Shown here piece after piece: positions 63,971 to 64,000 of a stretch of DNA of 64,000 nucleotides. The notes beneath the pieces are model-generated. The model saw only the letters and a list, made by a program, of their open reading frames with translations, had not been told where the DNA came from and ran no database searches. This DNA comes from the human T2T-CHM13v2.0 reference genome, Homo sapiens. The stretch is from NCBI RefSeq assembly GCF_009914755.1, contig NC_060925.1. One strand, 5' to 3'. Both the position numbers and the translations under genes were made by a program. Each line of letters starts with the position of its first letter. Position 1 is the first letter of the stretch.

Positions 63971-64000
63971 TCTCTATCAAATTTAAAACACAAACACTTT

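Overview
Human (primate) genomic DNA, AT-rich, with no CpG island, lying entirely inside the LIN9 gene (MuvB/DREAM core subunit) on the minus strand. Ten consecutive coding exons (exons 2-11, 1088 nt, about aa 11-373 of the 542-aa protein, numbering recalled from memory) can be spliced through GT-AG junctions into one open frame. Exon 1 and the promoter lie beyond position 64000, and exon 12 onward lies below position 1. The rest is intronic and repeat-dense: roughly 70 Alu/FLAM copies (about a third of the window), an apparently full-length ancient L1 (L1MC-type) with candidate target-site duplications, other L1/L2/MIR fossils, MER DNA transposons, two solo LTRs (MER68 and an ERVK/LTR3-like LTR nested inside an Alu), and a retroposed U13 snoRNA copy. 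Nearly all ORFs in the supplied track are Alu/L1 artefacts. I found no convincing new biological system. The best leads are a candidate 39-nt in-frame microexon encoding an NLS-like peptide, a possible LTR-driven antisense transcript, and several cryptic splice sites. Repeat boundaries and subfamily names were judged by eye and are approximate.
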